Below are positions 26,101-41,100 of a stretch of 64,000 bases of DNA, one piece after another. Position numbers and translations under genes: made by a program. Positions within the stretch are counted from its first letter, which is position 1; every line of letters starts with the position of its first letter. Where the stretch lies: NCBI RefSeq assembly GCF_964355755.1, contig NC_092673.1:10168001-10232000 (forward strand), read 5' to 3'. This DNA comes from Antedon mediterranea. Taxonomy: Eukaryota > Animalia > Echinodermata. The notes beneath the pieces were generated by a model that saw only the letters and a program-made list of their open reading frames with translations, had not been told where the DNA came from and made no database searches.

Positions 26101-29100
26101 GAGAGAGAGATAGATCAGCGAGAGAGAGATGGATCTGCGAGAGAGGGATAGATCAGCGAGAGAGAGATAGATCAGCGCGCGAGAGAGAGAGATAGATCAG
26201 CGAGAGAAAGATAGATCAGCGAGAGAGATAGATCAGCAAGAGAGAGAGATAGATCAGCGAGAGAGAGATAGATCAGCGAGAGAGATAGATCAGCGAGAAA
26301 GATAGAGATAGATCAGCCAGAGAGAGAGAGAAAGATCAGCGAGAGAGAGATAGATCAGCGAGAGAGATATAGATCAGCGAGAGAGATAGATCAGCGAGAG
26401 AGAGATAGATCGGCGAGAGAGAGATAGATCAGCGAGAGAGAGATAGATCAGCGAGAGAGAGAGATAGATCAGCGAGAGTGAGATAGATCAGCGAGAGAGA
26501 GAGATAGATCAGCGAGAGAGAGATAGATCAGCGAGAGAGATAGATCAGCGAAAGAGAGATAGATCAGCGAGAGAGAGATAGATCAGAGAGTGAGAGATAG
26601 ATCAGCGAGTGAGAGATAGATCAGCGAGAGAGAGATAGATCAGCGAGAGAGAGATAGATCAGCGAGAGAGAGATAGATCAGCGACAAAGAGATAGATCAG
26701 CGAGATAGTGATAGATCAGCGAGAGAGTTAGATCAGCGAGAGAGAGATAGATCAGCGAGAGAGAGATAGATCAGCGAGAGAGAGAGATAGATCAGCGAGA
26801 GAGAGATAGATAATCGAGAGAGCGATAAATCAGCGAGAGAGAGAGATAGATCAGCGAGAGAGAGATAGATCAGCGAGAGAGAGATATATCTGCGAGAGAG
26901 AGATAGATCAGCGAGAGAGAGATAGATCAGCTAGAGAGAGATAGATCAGCGAGAGAGAGATAGATCAGCGAGTGAGAGATAGATCAGCGAGACAGAGATA
27001 GATCAGCGAGAGAGAGATAGATCAGCGAGAGAGAGATAGATCAGCGAGAGAGAGATAGATCAGCGAGAGAGATAAATCAGCGAGAGAGAGATAGATCAGC
27101 GAGAGAGAAATAGATCAGCGAGAGGGAGATAGATCAGCGAGAGAGAGATAGATCAGCGAGAGAGAAATAGATCAGCGAGAGAGATAGATCAGCGAGAGAG
27201 AGATAGAGAGATAGATCAGCGACAGAGAGAGATAGATCAGCGACAGAGAGAGATAGATCAGCGACAGAGTGAGATAGATCAGCGACAGAGAGAGATAGAT
27301 CAGCGACAGAGAGAGATAGATCAGCGACAGAGAGAGATAGATCAGCGAGAGAGAGCTAGAGATAGATCAGCGACAGAGAGCTAGAGATAGATCAGCGAGA
27401 GAGAGATAAATCAGCGAGAGAGAGAGATAGATCAGTGAGAGATAGAGATAGATCAGCGAGAGAGACAGAGAGAGATAGATCAGCGCGAGAGAGAGATAGA
27501 TCAGCGAGAGAGAGTGATAGATCAGCAAGAGAGAGATAGATCAGCGAGAGAGAGATAGATCAGCGAGAGAGAGAGATAGATCAGCGAGAGAGAGATAGAT
27601 CAGCGAGAGAGAGATAGATCAGCGAGAGAGAGATAGATCAACTAGAGAGAGATAGAACAGCGAGGGAGATAGATCACCAAGAGAGAGATAGATCAGCGAG
27701 AGAGAGATGGATCTGCGAGAGAGAGATAGATCAGCGAGAGAGAGATAGATCAGCGCGAGAGAGAGAGAGAGATAGATCAGCGAGAGAAAGATAGATCAGC
27801 GAGAGAGATAGACCAGCGAGAGAGAGATAGATCAGCGAGAGAGAGATAGATCAGCGAGAGAGATAGATCAGCGAGAGAGAGAGAGAAAGATCAGCCAGAG
27901 AGAGAGAAAGATCAGCGAGAGAGAGATAGATCAGCGAGAGAGATATAGATCTGCGAGAGAGAGATAGATCAGCGAGAGAGAGATAGATCGGCGAGAGAGA
28001 AATAGATCAGCGACAGAGAGATAGATCAGCGAGAGAGAGATAGATCAGCGAGAGAGAGTGATAGATTAGCAAGAGAGAGAGATAGATCAGCGAGAGAGAG
28101 ATAGATCAGCGAGAGAGAGATAGATCAACGAGAGAGATAGATCAGCGAGAGAGAGATAGATCAGCGAGAAAGAGATAGATCAGCGAGTGAGAGATAGATC
28201 AGCGAGTGAGAGATAGATCAGCGAGAGAGAGATAGATCAGCGAGAGAGAGATAGATCAGCGAGAAAGAGATAGATCAGCGAGAGAGAGATAGATCAGCGA
28301 GAGAGTTAGATCAGCGAGAGAGATTGATCAGCGAGAGAGATAAATCAGAGAGAGAGAGATAGATCAGCGAGAGAGATAGATCAGCGAGAGAGAGATAAAT
28401 CAGCGAGAGAGAGAGATAGATCAGCGAGAGAGAGATAGATCAGCGAGAGAGAGAGATATATCTGCGAGAGAGAGAAAGATCAGCGAGAGAGAGATAGATA
28501 AGCGAGAGAGAGATAGATCAGCTAGAGAGAGATAAATCAGCGAGAGAGAGATAGATCAGCGAGTGAGAGATAGATCAGCGAGAGAGAGATAGATCAGCGA
28601 GAGAGAGATAGATCAGCGAGAGAGAGATAGATCAGCGAGAGAGAGAGATAGATCAGCGAGAGAGATAGATAATCGAGAGAGAGATAAATCAGAGAGAGAG
28701 AGAGATAGATCAACGAGAGAGATAGATCAGCGAGAGAGAGATAGATCAGCGAGAGAGATAGATCAGCGAGAGAGAGATAGAGAGATAGATCAGCGACAGA
28801 GAGAGATAGATCAGGGACAGAGAGAGATAGATCAGCGACAGAGAGAGATAGATCAGCGACAGAGGAAGATAGATCAGCGACAGAGAGAGATAGATCAGCG
28901 ACAGAGAGAGATAGATAAGTGACAGAGAGAGATAGATCAGCGAGAGAGAGCTAGAGATAGATCAGCGACAGAGAGCTAGATATAGATCAGCGAGAGAGAG
29001 ATAGATCAGCGCGAGAGAGAGATAGATCAGTGAGAGATAGAGATAGATCAGCGAGAGAGAAAGAGAGATAGATCAGCGCGAGAGAGAGATAGATCAGCGA

Positions 29101-32100
29101 GAGAGAGTGATAGATCAGCAAGAGAGAGAGATAGATCAGCGAGAGAGAGATAGATCAGCGAGAGAGAGAGAGAGATAGATCAGCGAGAGAGAGATAGATC
29201 AGCGAGAGAGAGATAGATCAACTAGAGAGAGATAGAACAGCGAGGGAGATAGATCAGCGAGAGATAGATAGATCAGCGAGAGAGAGATGGATATGCGAGA
29301 GAGAGATAGATCAGCGAGAGAGAGACAGATCAGCGCGAGAGAGAGAGAGAGATAGATCAGCGAGAGAAAGGTAGATCAGCGAGAGAGAGATGGATCTGCG
29401 AGAGAGAGATAGATCAGCGAGAGAGAGAGATAGATCAGCGAGAAAGAGAAAGAGAGATAGATCAGCGAGAGAAAGATAGATCAGCGAGAAAGAGATAGAT
29501 CAGCGAGAGAGAGAGATGGATCAGCGAGAGAGAGATAGATCAGCGAGAGAGATAGATCAGCGAGAGAAAGATAGATCAGCCAGAGAGAGAGAAAGATCAG
29601 CGAGAGAGAGATAGATCAGCGAGAGAGATATAGATCCGCGAGAGAGAGATAGATCAGCGAGAGAGAGATAGATCAGCGAGAGAGAGAGATAGATCAGCGA
29701 GAGAAAGAGAGAGATAGATCAGCGAGAGAAAGAGAGAGATAGATCAGCGAGAGAGAGATAGATCAGCGAGAGAGAGATAGATCAGCGAGAGAGAGAGAGA
29801 TAGATCAGCGAGAGAGAGAGTGATAGATCAGCGAGAGAGAGATAGATCAGCGAGAGAGAGATAGATCAGCGAAAGAGAGAAAGATCAGCGAGAGAGATAT
29901 AGATCAGCGAGAGAGAGATAGATCAGCGAGAGAGAGAGATAGATCAGCGAGAGAGAGAGATAGATCAGCTAGAGAGAGATAAATCAGCGAGAGAGAGATA
30001 GATCAGCGAGTGAGAGATAGATCAGCGAGAGAGAGATAGATCAGCGAGAGAGAGATAGATCAGCGAGAGAGAGATAGATCAGCGAGAGAGAGAGATAGAT
30101 CAGCGAGAGAGATAGATAATCGAGAGAGAGATAAATCAGAGAGAGAGAGAGATAGATCAACGAGAGAGATAGATCAGCGAGAGAGAGATAGATCAGCGAG
30201 AGAGATAGATCAGCGAGAGAGAGATAGAGAGATAGATCAGCGACAGAGAGAGATAGATCAGGGACAAAGAGAGATAGATCAGCGACAGAGAGAGATAGAT
30301 CAGCGACAGAGGAAGATAGATCAGCGACAGAGAGAGATAGATCAGCGACAGAGAGAGATAGATAAGTGACAGAGAGAGATAGATCAGCGAGAGAGAGCTA
30401 GAGATAGATCAGCGACAGAGAGCTAGATATAGATCAGCGAGAGAGAGATAGATCAGCGCGAGAGAGAGATATATCAGTGAGAGATAGAGATAGATCAGCG
30501 AGAGAGAAAGAGAGATAGATCAGCGCGAGAGAGAGATAGATCAGCGAGAGAGAGTGATAGATCAGCAAGAGAGAGAGATAGATCAGCGAGAGAGAGATAG
30601 ATAAGCGAGAGAGAGAGAGAGATAGATCAGCGAGAGAGAGATAGATCAACTAGAGAGAGATAGAACAGCGAGGGAGATAGATCAGCGAGAGATAGATAGA
30701 TCAGCGAGAGAGAGATGGATATGCGAGAGAGAGATAGATCAGCGAGAGAGAGATAGATCAGCGCGAGAGAGAGAGAGAGAGATAGATCAGCGAGAGAAAG
30801 GTAGATCAGCGAGAGAGAGATGGATCTGCGAGAGAGAGATAGATCAGCGAGAGAGAGAGATAGATCAGCGAGAGAGAGAGAGAGAGAGATAGATCAGCGA
30901 GAGAAAGATAGATCAGCGAGAAAGAGATAGATCAGCGAGAGAGAGAGATGGATCAGCGAGAGAGAGATAGATCAGCGAGAGAGATAGATCAGCGAGAGAA
31001 AGATAGATCAGCCAGAGAGAGAGAAAGATCAGCGAGAGAGAGATAGATCAGCGAGAGAGATATAGATCCGCGAGAGAGAGATAGATCAGCGAGAGAGAGA
31101 TAGATCAGCGAGAGAGAGAGATAGATCAGCGAGAGAAAGAGAGAGATAGATCAGCGAGAGAAAGAGAGAGATAGATCAGCGAGAGAGAGATAGATCAGCG
31201 AGAGAGAGATAGATCAGCGAGAGAGAGAGAGATAGATCAGCGAGAGAGAGAGTGATAGATCAGCGAGAGAGAGATAGATCAGCGAGAGAGAGATAGATCA
31301 GCGAAAGAGAGAAAGATCAGCGAGAGAGATATAGATCAGCGAGAGAGAGATAGATCAGCGAGAGAGTTAGATCAGCGAGAGAGAGATATATCAGCGAGAG
31401 AGAGATAGATCAGCGAGAGAGAGAGATAGATCAGCGAGAGAGAGGTAGATCAGCGAGAGAGAGATAGATAAGTGAGAGAGAGATAGATCAGCGAGAGAGA
31501 GATAGATCAGCGAGAGAGAGCTAGATCAGCGAGAGAGAGATAGATAAGCGAGAGAGAGACAGATCAGCGAGAGAGATAGATCAGCGAGAGAGAGATAGAT
31601 CAGCGAGAGAGAGATAGATCAGCGAGAGAGAGAGAGAGATAGATCAGCGAGAGAGAGAGATAGATCAGCGAGAGAGAGAGATAGATCAGCGAGAGAGAGA
31701 TAGATCAGTGAGAGAGATAGATCAGCGAGAGAGAGATAGATCAGCGAGAGAGAGAGAGAGATAGATCAGCGAGAGAGAGAGAGATAGATCAGCGAGAGAG
31801 AGTGATAGATCAGCAAGAGAGAGATAGATCAGCGAGAGAGAGATAGATCAGCGAGAGAGAGATAGATCAGCGAGAGAGAGAGATAGATCAGCGAGAGAGA
31901 GATAGATCAGCGAGAGAGATAGATCAGCGAGAGAGAGAGATAGATCAGCGAGAGAGAGAGAGATAGATCAGCGAGAGAGAGAGATAGATCAGCGAGAGAG
32001 AGAGAGATAGATCAGCGAGAGAGAGAGAGATCAGCGAGAGAGAGATAGATCAACTAGAGAGAGATAGAACAGCGAGGGAGATAGATCAGCGAGAGAGAGA

Positions 32101-35100
32101 TAGATCAGCGAGAGAGAGATGGATCTGCGAGAGAGAGATAGATCAGCGAGAGAGAGATAGATCAGCGCGAGAGAGAGAGATAGATCAGCGAGAGAGAGAT
32201 AGATCAGCGAGAGAGATAGATCAGCGAGAGAGGGAGAGATAGATCAGCGAGAGAGAGATAGATTTGCGAGAGAGAGATAGATCAGCGGGGGAGAGTTAGA
32301 TCAGCGAGAGAGAGATAGATCAGCGAGAGAGAGACAGATCAGCGAGAGAGAGATAGATCAGCGAGAGAGAGAGAGAGATCAGCGAGAGAGAGATAGATCA
32401 GCGAGAGAGAGAGAGATAGATCAGCGAGAGAGAGATAGATAAGCGAGAGAGAGATAGATCAACTAGAGAGAGATAGAACAGCGAGGGAGATAGATCAGCG
32501 AGAGAGAGATAGATCAGCGCGAGAGAGAGAGAGATAGATCAGCGAGAGAAAGATAGATCAGCGAGAGAGATAGATCAGCAAGAGAGAGAGATAGATCAGC
32601 GAGAGAGAGATAGATCAGCGAGAGAGATAGATCAGCGAGAAAGATAGAGATAGATCAGCGAGAGAGAGAGATAGATCAGCGAGAGAGAGAGAGAGATAGA
32701 TCAGTGAGAGATAGAGATAGATCAGTGAGAGAGAGAGAGAGATAGATCAGCGCGAGAGAGAGATAGATCAGCGAGAGAGAGTGATAGATCAGCAAGAGAG
32801 AGAGAGAGATCAGCGAGAGAGAGATAGATCAGCGAGAGAGAGAGAGATAGATCAGCGAGAGAGAGATAGATAAGCGAGAGAGAGATAGATCAACTAGAGA
32901 GAGATAGAACAGCGAGGGAGATAGATCAGCGAGAGAGAGATAGATCAGCGAGAGAGAGATGGATCTGCGAGAGAGGGATAGATCAGCGAGAGAGAGATAG
33001 ATCAGCGCGCGAGAGAGAGAGATAGATCAGCGAGAGAAAGATAGATCAGCGAGAGAGATAGATCAGCAAGAGAGAGAGATAGATCAGCGAGAGAGAGATA
33101 GATCAGCGAGAGAGATAGATCAGCGAGAAAGATAGAGATAGATCAGCCAGAGAGAGAGAGAGAAAGATCAGCGAGAGAGAGATAGATCAGCGAGAGAGAT
33201 ATAGATCAGCGAGAGAGATAGATCAGCGAGAGAGAGATAGATCGGCGAGAGAGAGATAGATCAGCGAGAGAGAGATAGATCAGCGAGAGAGAGAGATAGA
33301 TCAGCGAGAGTGAGATAGATCAGCGAGAGAGAGAGATAGATCAGCGAGAGAGAGATAGATCAGCGAGAGAGATAGATCAGCGAAAGAAAGATAGATCAGC
33401 GAGAGAGAGATAGATCAGAGAGTGAGAGATAGATCAGCGAGTGAGAGATAGATCAGCGAGAGAGAGATAGATCAGCGAGAGAGAGATAGATCAGCGAGAG
33501 AGAGATAGATCAGCGAGAAAGAGATAGATCAGCGAGATAGTGATAGATCAGCGAGAGAGTTAGATCAGCGAGAGAGAGATAGATCAGCGAGAGAGAGATA
33601 GATCAGCGAGAGAGAGAGATAGATCAGCGAGAGAGAGATAGATAATCGAGAGAGAGATAAATCAGAGAGAGAGAGATAGATCAGCGAGAGAGATAGATCA
33701 GCGAGAGAGAGATAAATCAGCGAGAGAGAGAGAGATAGATCAGCGAGAGAGAGATAGATCAGGGAGAGAGAGATAGATCTGCGAGAGAGATAGATCAGCG
33801 AGAGAGAGAGATAGATCAGCGAGAGAGAGATAGATCAGCGAGAGAGAGAGATAGATCAACGAGAGAGAGAGAGATAGATCAGCGAGAGAGAGATAGATCA
33901 GCGAGAGAGAGATAGATCAGCGAGAGAGAGATAGATCAGCGAGAGAGAGAAAGATCAGCGAGAGAGCGATAGATCAGCGAGAGAGATAGATCAGCGAGAG
34001 AGAGATACATCAGCGAGAGATAGATAGATCAGCGAGAGAGAGATAAATCAGCGAGAGAGATAGATAGATCAGCGAGAGAGAGAGAGATAGATCAGCGAGA
34101 AAGAGAGAGATAGATCAGCGAGAGATAGATAGATCAGCGACAGAGAGATAGATAGATCGAGAGAGAGATAGATCAGCGAGAGAGAGATAGATCAGCGAGA
34201 GATAGATAGATCAGCGAGAAAGAGATAGATAGATCAGCGAGAGAGAGATAGATAGATCAGCGAGAGAGAGATAAATAGATCAGCGAGAAAGAGATAGATA
34301 GATCAGCGAGAGAGAGATAGATAGATCAGCGAGAGGCAGATAGATAGATCAGCGAGAGACAGATAGATAGATCAGCGAGAGAGAGATAGATAGATCAGCG
34401 AGAGAGAGAGAGATAGATCAGCGAGAAAGAGAGAGATAGATCAGCGAGAGTGAGATAGATCAGCGAGAGAGATAGATCAGCGAGAGAGAGATAAATCAGC
34501 GAGATAGAGATAGATCAGCGAGAGAGAGATAGATCAGCGAGAGAGAGATAGATCAGCGAGAGAGAGATAGACCAGCGAGAGAGAAATAGATCAGCGAGAG
34601 AGAGAGATAGATAGATCAGCGAGAGAGAGGTAGATAGATCAGCTAGAGAGAGATAGATAGATCAGCGAGAGAGAGAAAGATAGATCAGCGAGAGGCAGAT
34701 AGATCAGCGAGAGACAGATAGATAGATCAGCGAGAGAGAGATAGATCAGCGAGAGAGATAGATCAGCGAGAGAGAGATAAATCAGAGAGAGTGAGATAGA
34801 TCAGCGAGAGAGATAGATCAGCGAGAGAGAGATAGATCAGCGAGATAGAGATAGATCAGCGAGAGAGATAGATCAGCGAGAGAGATAGATCAGCGAGAGA
34901 GAGATAGACCAGCGAGAGAGAGATAGATCAGCTGAGAGAGATAGATAGATCAGCGAGAGGGAGATAGATCAGCGAGAGAGAGATGGATCTGCGAGAGAGA
35001 GATAGATCAGCGAGAGAGAGATAGATCAGCGAGAGAGGGATAGATCAGCGAGAGAGAGATAGATCAGCGAGAGCGAGATAGATAGATCAGCGAGAGAGAG

Positions 35101-38100
35101 GTAGATAGACCAGCGAGAGAGAGATAGATAGATCAGCGAGAGAGAGATAGATAGATCGGCGAGAGGCAGATAGATCAGCGAGACACAGATAGAAAGATCA
35201 GCGAGAGAGAGAGAGATAGATCAGCGAGAGATAGATAGATCAGCGAGAGAGAGATAGATAGATCAGCGAGAGTGAGATAGATCAGCGAGAGAGATAGATC
35301 AGCGAGAGAGAGATAGATCAGCGAGATAGAGATAGATCAGCGAGAGAGATAGATCAGCGAGAGAGAGATAGATCAGCGAGAGAGAGATAGACCAGCGAGA
35401 GAGAGATAGATCAGCGAGAGAGAGATAGATAGATCAGCGAGAGAGAGATAGATCAGCGAGAGAGATATAGACCAGCGAGAGAGAGATAGATCAGCGAGAG
35501 ATAGATAGATCAGCGAGAGAGAGATAGATCAGCGAGAGAGAGATAGATCAGCGAGAGAGAGAGATAGATCAGCGAGAGAGAGATAGATAGATCAGCGAGA
35601 GAGAGGTAGATAGATCAGCGAGAGAGGGATATATAGATCTGCGAGAGAGAGATAGATAGGCGAGAGAGAGAGAGAGATAGATCAGCGAGAGTGAGATAGA
35701 TCAGCGAGAGAGATAGATCAGCGAGAGAGAGATAGATCAGCGAGATAGAGATAGATCAGCGAGAGAGAGATAGATCAGCGAGAGAGAGATAGACCAGCGA
35801 GAGAGAGATAGATCAGCGAGAAAGAGATAGATAGATCAGCGAGAGGGAGATAGATCAGCGAGAGATAGATAGATCAGCGAGAGAGAGAGATAGATCAGCA
35901 AGAGAGAGATAGATCACCTAGAGAGAGATAGATCAGTGAGAGAGAGAGAGATAGATCAGCGAGAGATAGATAGATCAGCGAGAGAGAGATAGATCAGCGA
36001 GAGAGAGATAGATCAGCGAGAGAGAGATAGATCAGCGAGAGAGATAGATCAGCGAGAGAGAGATAGATCAGCGAGAGATATATAGATCAGCGAGAGAGAG
36101 ATAGATAGATCAGCGAGAGAGAGATAGATAGATCAGCGAGAGAGAGATAGATAGATCAGTGAGAAAGATAGATCAGCGAGAGAGAGATAGATAGATCAGC
36201 AAGAGGCAGATAGATAGATCAGCGAGAGACAGATAGATAGATCAGCGAGAGAGAGATAGATAGATCAGCGAGAGAGAGAGAGATAGATCAGCGAGAAAGA
36301 GAGAGATAGATCAGCGAGAGTGAGATAGATCAGCGAGAGAGATAGATCAGCGAGAGAGAGATAAATCAGCAAGATAGAGATAGATCAGCGAGAGAGAGAT
36401 AGATCAGCGAGAGAGAGATAGATCAGCGAGAGAGAGATAGACCAGCGAGAGAGAGATAGATCAGCGAGAGAGAGATAGATAGATCAGCGAGAGAGAGGTA
36501 GATAGATCAGCGAGAGAGAGATAGATAGATCAGCGAGAGAGAGATAGATAGATCGGCGAGAGGCAGATAGATCAGCGAGACACAGATAGATAGATCAGCG
36601 AGAGAGAGAGATAGATCAGCGAGAGAGATAGATCAGCGAGAGAGAGATAGATCAGCGAGAGTGAGTTAGATCAGCGAGAGAGATAGATCAGCGTGAGAGA
36701 GATAGATCAGCGAGATAGAGATAGATCAGCGAGAGAGATAGATCAGCGAGAGAGAGATAGATCAGCGAGAGAGAGATAGACCAGCGAGAGAGAGATAGAT
36801 CAGCGAGAGAGAGATAGATAAATCAGCGAGAGAGAGATAGATAAATCAGCGAGAGAGAGATAGATCAGCGAGAGAGAGATAGACCAGCGAGAGAGAGATA
36901 GATCAGCGAGAGAGAGATAGATAGATCAGCGAGAGGGAGATAGATCAGCGAGAGATAGATAGATCAGCGAGAGAGAGATAGATCAGCGAGAGAGAGACAG
37001 ATCAGCGAGAGAGAGAGATAGATCAGCGAGAAAGAGAGAGATAGATCAGCGAGAGAGAGATAGATAGATCAGCGAGAGAGAGATAGATAGATCAGCGAGA
37101 GAGAGAGAGATAGATCAGCAAGAGAGAGATAGATCACCTAGAGAGAGATAGATCAGTGAGAGAGAGAGAGATAGATCAGCGAGAGATAGATAGATCAGCG
37201 AGAGAGAGATAGATCAGCGAGAGAGAGATAGATCAGCGAGAGAGAGATAGATCAGCGAGAGAGATAGATCAGCGAGAGAGAGATAGATCAGCGAGAGATA
37301 TATAGATCAGCGAGAGAGAGATAGATAGATCAGCGAGAGAGAGATAGATAGATCAGCGAGAGAGAGATAGATAGATCAGTGAGAAAGATAGATCAGCGAG
37401 AGAGAGATAGATAGATCAGCAAGAGGCAGATAGATAGATCAGCGAGAGACAGATAGATAGATCAGCGAGAGAGAGATAGATAGATCAGCGAGAGAGAGAG
37501 AGATAGATCAGCGAGAAAGAGAGAGATAGATCAGCGAGAGTGAGATAGATCAGCGAGAGAGATAGATCAGCGAGAGAGAGATAAATCAGCAAGATAGAGA
37601 TAGATCAGCGAGAGAGAGATAGATCAGCGAGAGAGAGATAGATCAGCGAGAGAGAGATAGACCAGCGAGAGAGAGATAGATCAGCGAGAGAGAGATAGAT
37701 AGATCAGCGAGAGAGAGGTAGATAGATCAGCGAGAGAGAGATAGATAGATCAGCGAGAGAGAGATAGATAGATCGGCGAGAGGCAGATAGATCAGCGAGA
37801 CACAGATAGATAGATCAGCGAGAGAGAGAGATAGATCAGCGAGAGAGATAGATCAGCGAGAGAGAGATAGATCAGCGAGAGTGAGTTAGATCAGCGAGAG
37901 AGATAGATCAGCGTGAGAGAGATAGATCAGCGAGATAGAGATAGATCAGCGAGAGAGATAGATCAGCGAGAGAGAGATAGATCAGCGAGAGAGAGATAGA
38001 CCAGCGAGAGAGAGATAGATCAGCGAGAGAGAGATAGATAAATCAGCGAGAGAGAGATAGATAAATCAGCGAGAGAGAGATAGATCAGCGAGAGAGAGAT

Positions 38101-41100
38101 AGACCAGCGAGAGAGAGATAGATCAGCGAGAGAGAGATAGATAGATCAGCGAGAGGGAGATAGATCAGCGAGAGATAGATAGATCAGCGAGAGAGAGATA
38201 GATCAGCGAGAGAGAGACAGATCAGCGAGAGAGAGAGATAGATCAGCGAGAAAGAGAGAGATAGATCAGCGAGAGAGAGATAGATAGATCAGCGAGAGAG
38301 AGATAGATAGATCAGCGAGAGAGAGATAGATAGATCAGCGAGAGGCAGATAGATAGATCAGCGAGAGACAGATAGATAGATCAGCGAGAGAGAGATAGAT
38401 CAGCGAGAGAGATAGATCAGCGAGAGAGATAGATCAGCGAGAGTGAGATAGATCAGCGAGAGAGAGAGATCAGCGAGAGAGAGATAGATCAGCGAGAGAT
38501 AGATAGATCAGCGAAAGAGAGATAGATAGATCAGCGAGAGAGAGATAGATAGATCAGCGAGAGAGAGAGATAGATAGATCAGCGAGAAAGTGATAGATAG
38601 ATCAGCGAGAGAGAGATAGATAGATCAGCGAGAGACAGATAGATAGATCAGCGAGAGAGAGATAGATAGATCAGCGAGAGAGAGATAGATCAGCGAGAAA
38701 GAGAGAGATAGATCAGCGAGAGTGAGATATATCAGCGAGAGAGAGATAGATCAGCGAGAGAGAGATAGACCAGCGAGAGAGAGATAGATCAGCGAGAGAG
38801 AGATAGATAGATCAGCGAGAGAGAGATAGATCAGCGAGAGAGAGATAGACCAGCGAGAGAGAGATAGATCAGCGAGAGATAGATAGATCAGCGAGAGAGA
38901 GATAGATCAGCGAGAGAGAGATAGATCAGCGAGAGAGAGAGATAGATCAGCGAGAGAGAGATAGATAGATCAGCGAGAGAGAAGTAGATAGATCAGCGAG
39001 AGAGGGATATATAGATCTGCGAGAGAGAGATAGATAGGCGAGAGAGAGAGAGAGATAGATCAGCGAGAGTGAGATAGATCAGCGAGAGAGATAGATCAGC
39101 GAGAGAGAGATAGATCAGCGAGATAGAGATAGATCAGCGAGAGAGAGATAGATCAGCGAGAGAGAGATAGACCAGCGAGAGAGAGATAGATCAGCGAGAA
39201 AGAGATAGATAGATCAGCGAGAGGGAAATAGATCAGCGAGAGATAGATAGATCAGCGAGAGAGAGAGATAGATCAGCAAGAGAGAGATAGATCACCTAGA
39301 GAGAGATAGATCAGTGAGAGAGAGAGAGATAGATCAGCGAGAGATAGATAGATCAGCGAGAGAGAGATAGATCAGCGAGAGAGAGATAGATCAGCGAGAG
39401 AGAGATAGATCAGCGAGAGAGATAGATCAGCGAGAGAGAGATAGATCAGCGAGAGATATATAGATCAGCGAGAGAGAGATAGATAGATCAGCGAGAGAGA
39501 GATAGATAGATCAGCGAGAGAGAGATAGATAGATCAGTGAGAAAGATAGATCAGCGAGAGAGAGATAGATAGATCAGCAAGAGGCAGATAGATAGATCAG
39601 CGAGAGACAGATAGATAGATCAGCGAGAGAGAGATAGATAGATCAGCGAGAGAGAGAGAGATAGATCAGCGAGAAAGAGAGAGATAGATCAGCGAGAGTG
39701 AGATAGATCAGCGAGAGAGATAGATCAGCGAGAGAGAGATAAATCAGCAAGATAGAGATAGATCAGCGAGAGAGAGATAGATCAGCGAGAGAGAGATAGA
39801 TCAGCGAGAGAGAGATAGACCAGCGAGAGAGAGATAGATCAGCGAGAGAGAGATAGATAGATCAGCGAGAGAGAGGTAGATAGATCAGCGAGAGAGAGAT
39901 AGATAGATCAGCGAGAGAGAGATAGATAGATCGGCGAGAGGCAGATAGATCAGCGAGACACAGATAGATAGATCAGCGAGAGAGAGAGATAGATCAGCGA
40001 GAGAGATAGATCAGCGAGAGAGAGATAGATCAGCGAGAGTGAGTTAGATCAGCGAGAGAGATAGATCAGCGTGAGAGAGATAGATCAGCGAGATAGAGAT
40101 AGATCAGCGAGAGAGATAGATCAGCGAGAGAGAGATAGATCAGCGAGAGAGAGATAGACCAGCGAGAGAGAGATAGATCAGCGAGAGAGAGATAGATAAA
40201 TCAGCGAGAGAGAGATAGATAAATCAGCGAGAGAGAGATAGATCAGCGAGAGAGAGATAGACCAGCGAGAGAGAGATAGATCAGCGAGAGAGAGATAGAT
40301 AGATCAGCGAGAGGGAGATAGATCAGCGAGAGATAGATAGATCAGCGAGAGAGAGATAGATCAGCGAGAGAGAGACAGATCAGCGAGAGAGAGAGATAGA
40401 TCAGCGAGAAAGAGAGAGATAGATCAGCGAGAGAGAGATAGATAGATCAGCGAGAGAGAGATAGATAGATCAGCGAGAGAGAGATAGATAGATCAGCGAG
40501 AGGCAGATAGATAGATCAGCGAGAGACAGATAGATAGATCAGCGAGAGAGAGATAGATCAGCGAGAGAGATAGATCAGCGAGAGAGATAGATCAGCGAGA
40601 GTGAGATAGATCAGCGAGAGAGAGAGATCAGCGAGAGAGAGATAGATCAGCGAGAGATAGATAGATCAGCGAAAGAGAGATAGATAGATCAGCGAGAGAG
40701 AGATAGATAGATCAGCGAGAGAGAGAGATAGATAGATCAGCGAGAAAGTGATAGATAGATCAGCGAGAGAGAGATAGATAGATCAGCGAGAGACAGATAG
40801 ATAGATCAGCGAGAGAGAGATAGATAGATCAGCGAGAGAGAGATAGATCAGCGAGAAAGAGAGAGATAGATCAGCGAGAGTGAGATATATCAGCGAGAGA
40901 GATAGATCAGCGAGAGAGAGATAAATCAGCGAGATAGAGATAGATCAGCGAGAGAGAGAGATAGATCAGCGAAAGAGAGATAGATCAGCGAGAGAGAGAG
41001 ATAGATAGATCAGCGAGAGAGAGATAGATAGATCAGCGAGAGGCAGATAGAAAGATCAGCGAGAGACAGATAGATAGATCAGCGAGAGAGAGATAGATAG

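Noticed and set aside
13278-30649. Short ORFs within the satellite and minisatellite
   Set aside because: Translations of tandem repeats, mostly with non-ATG starts.
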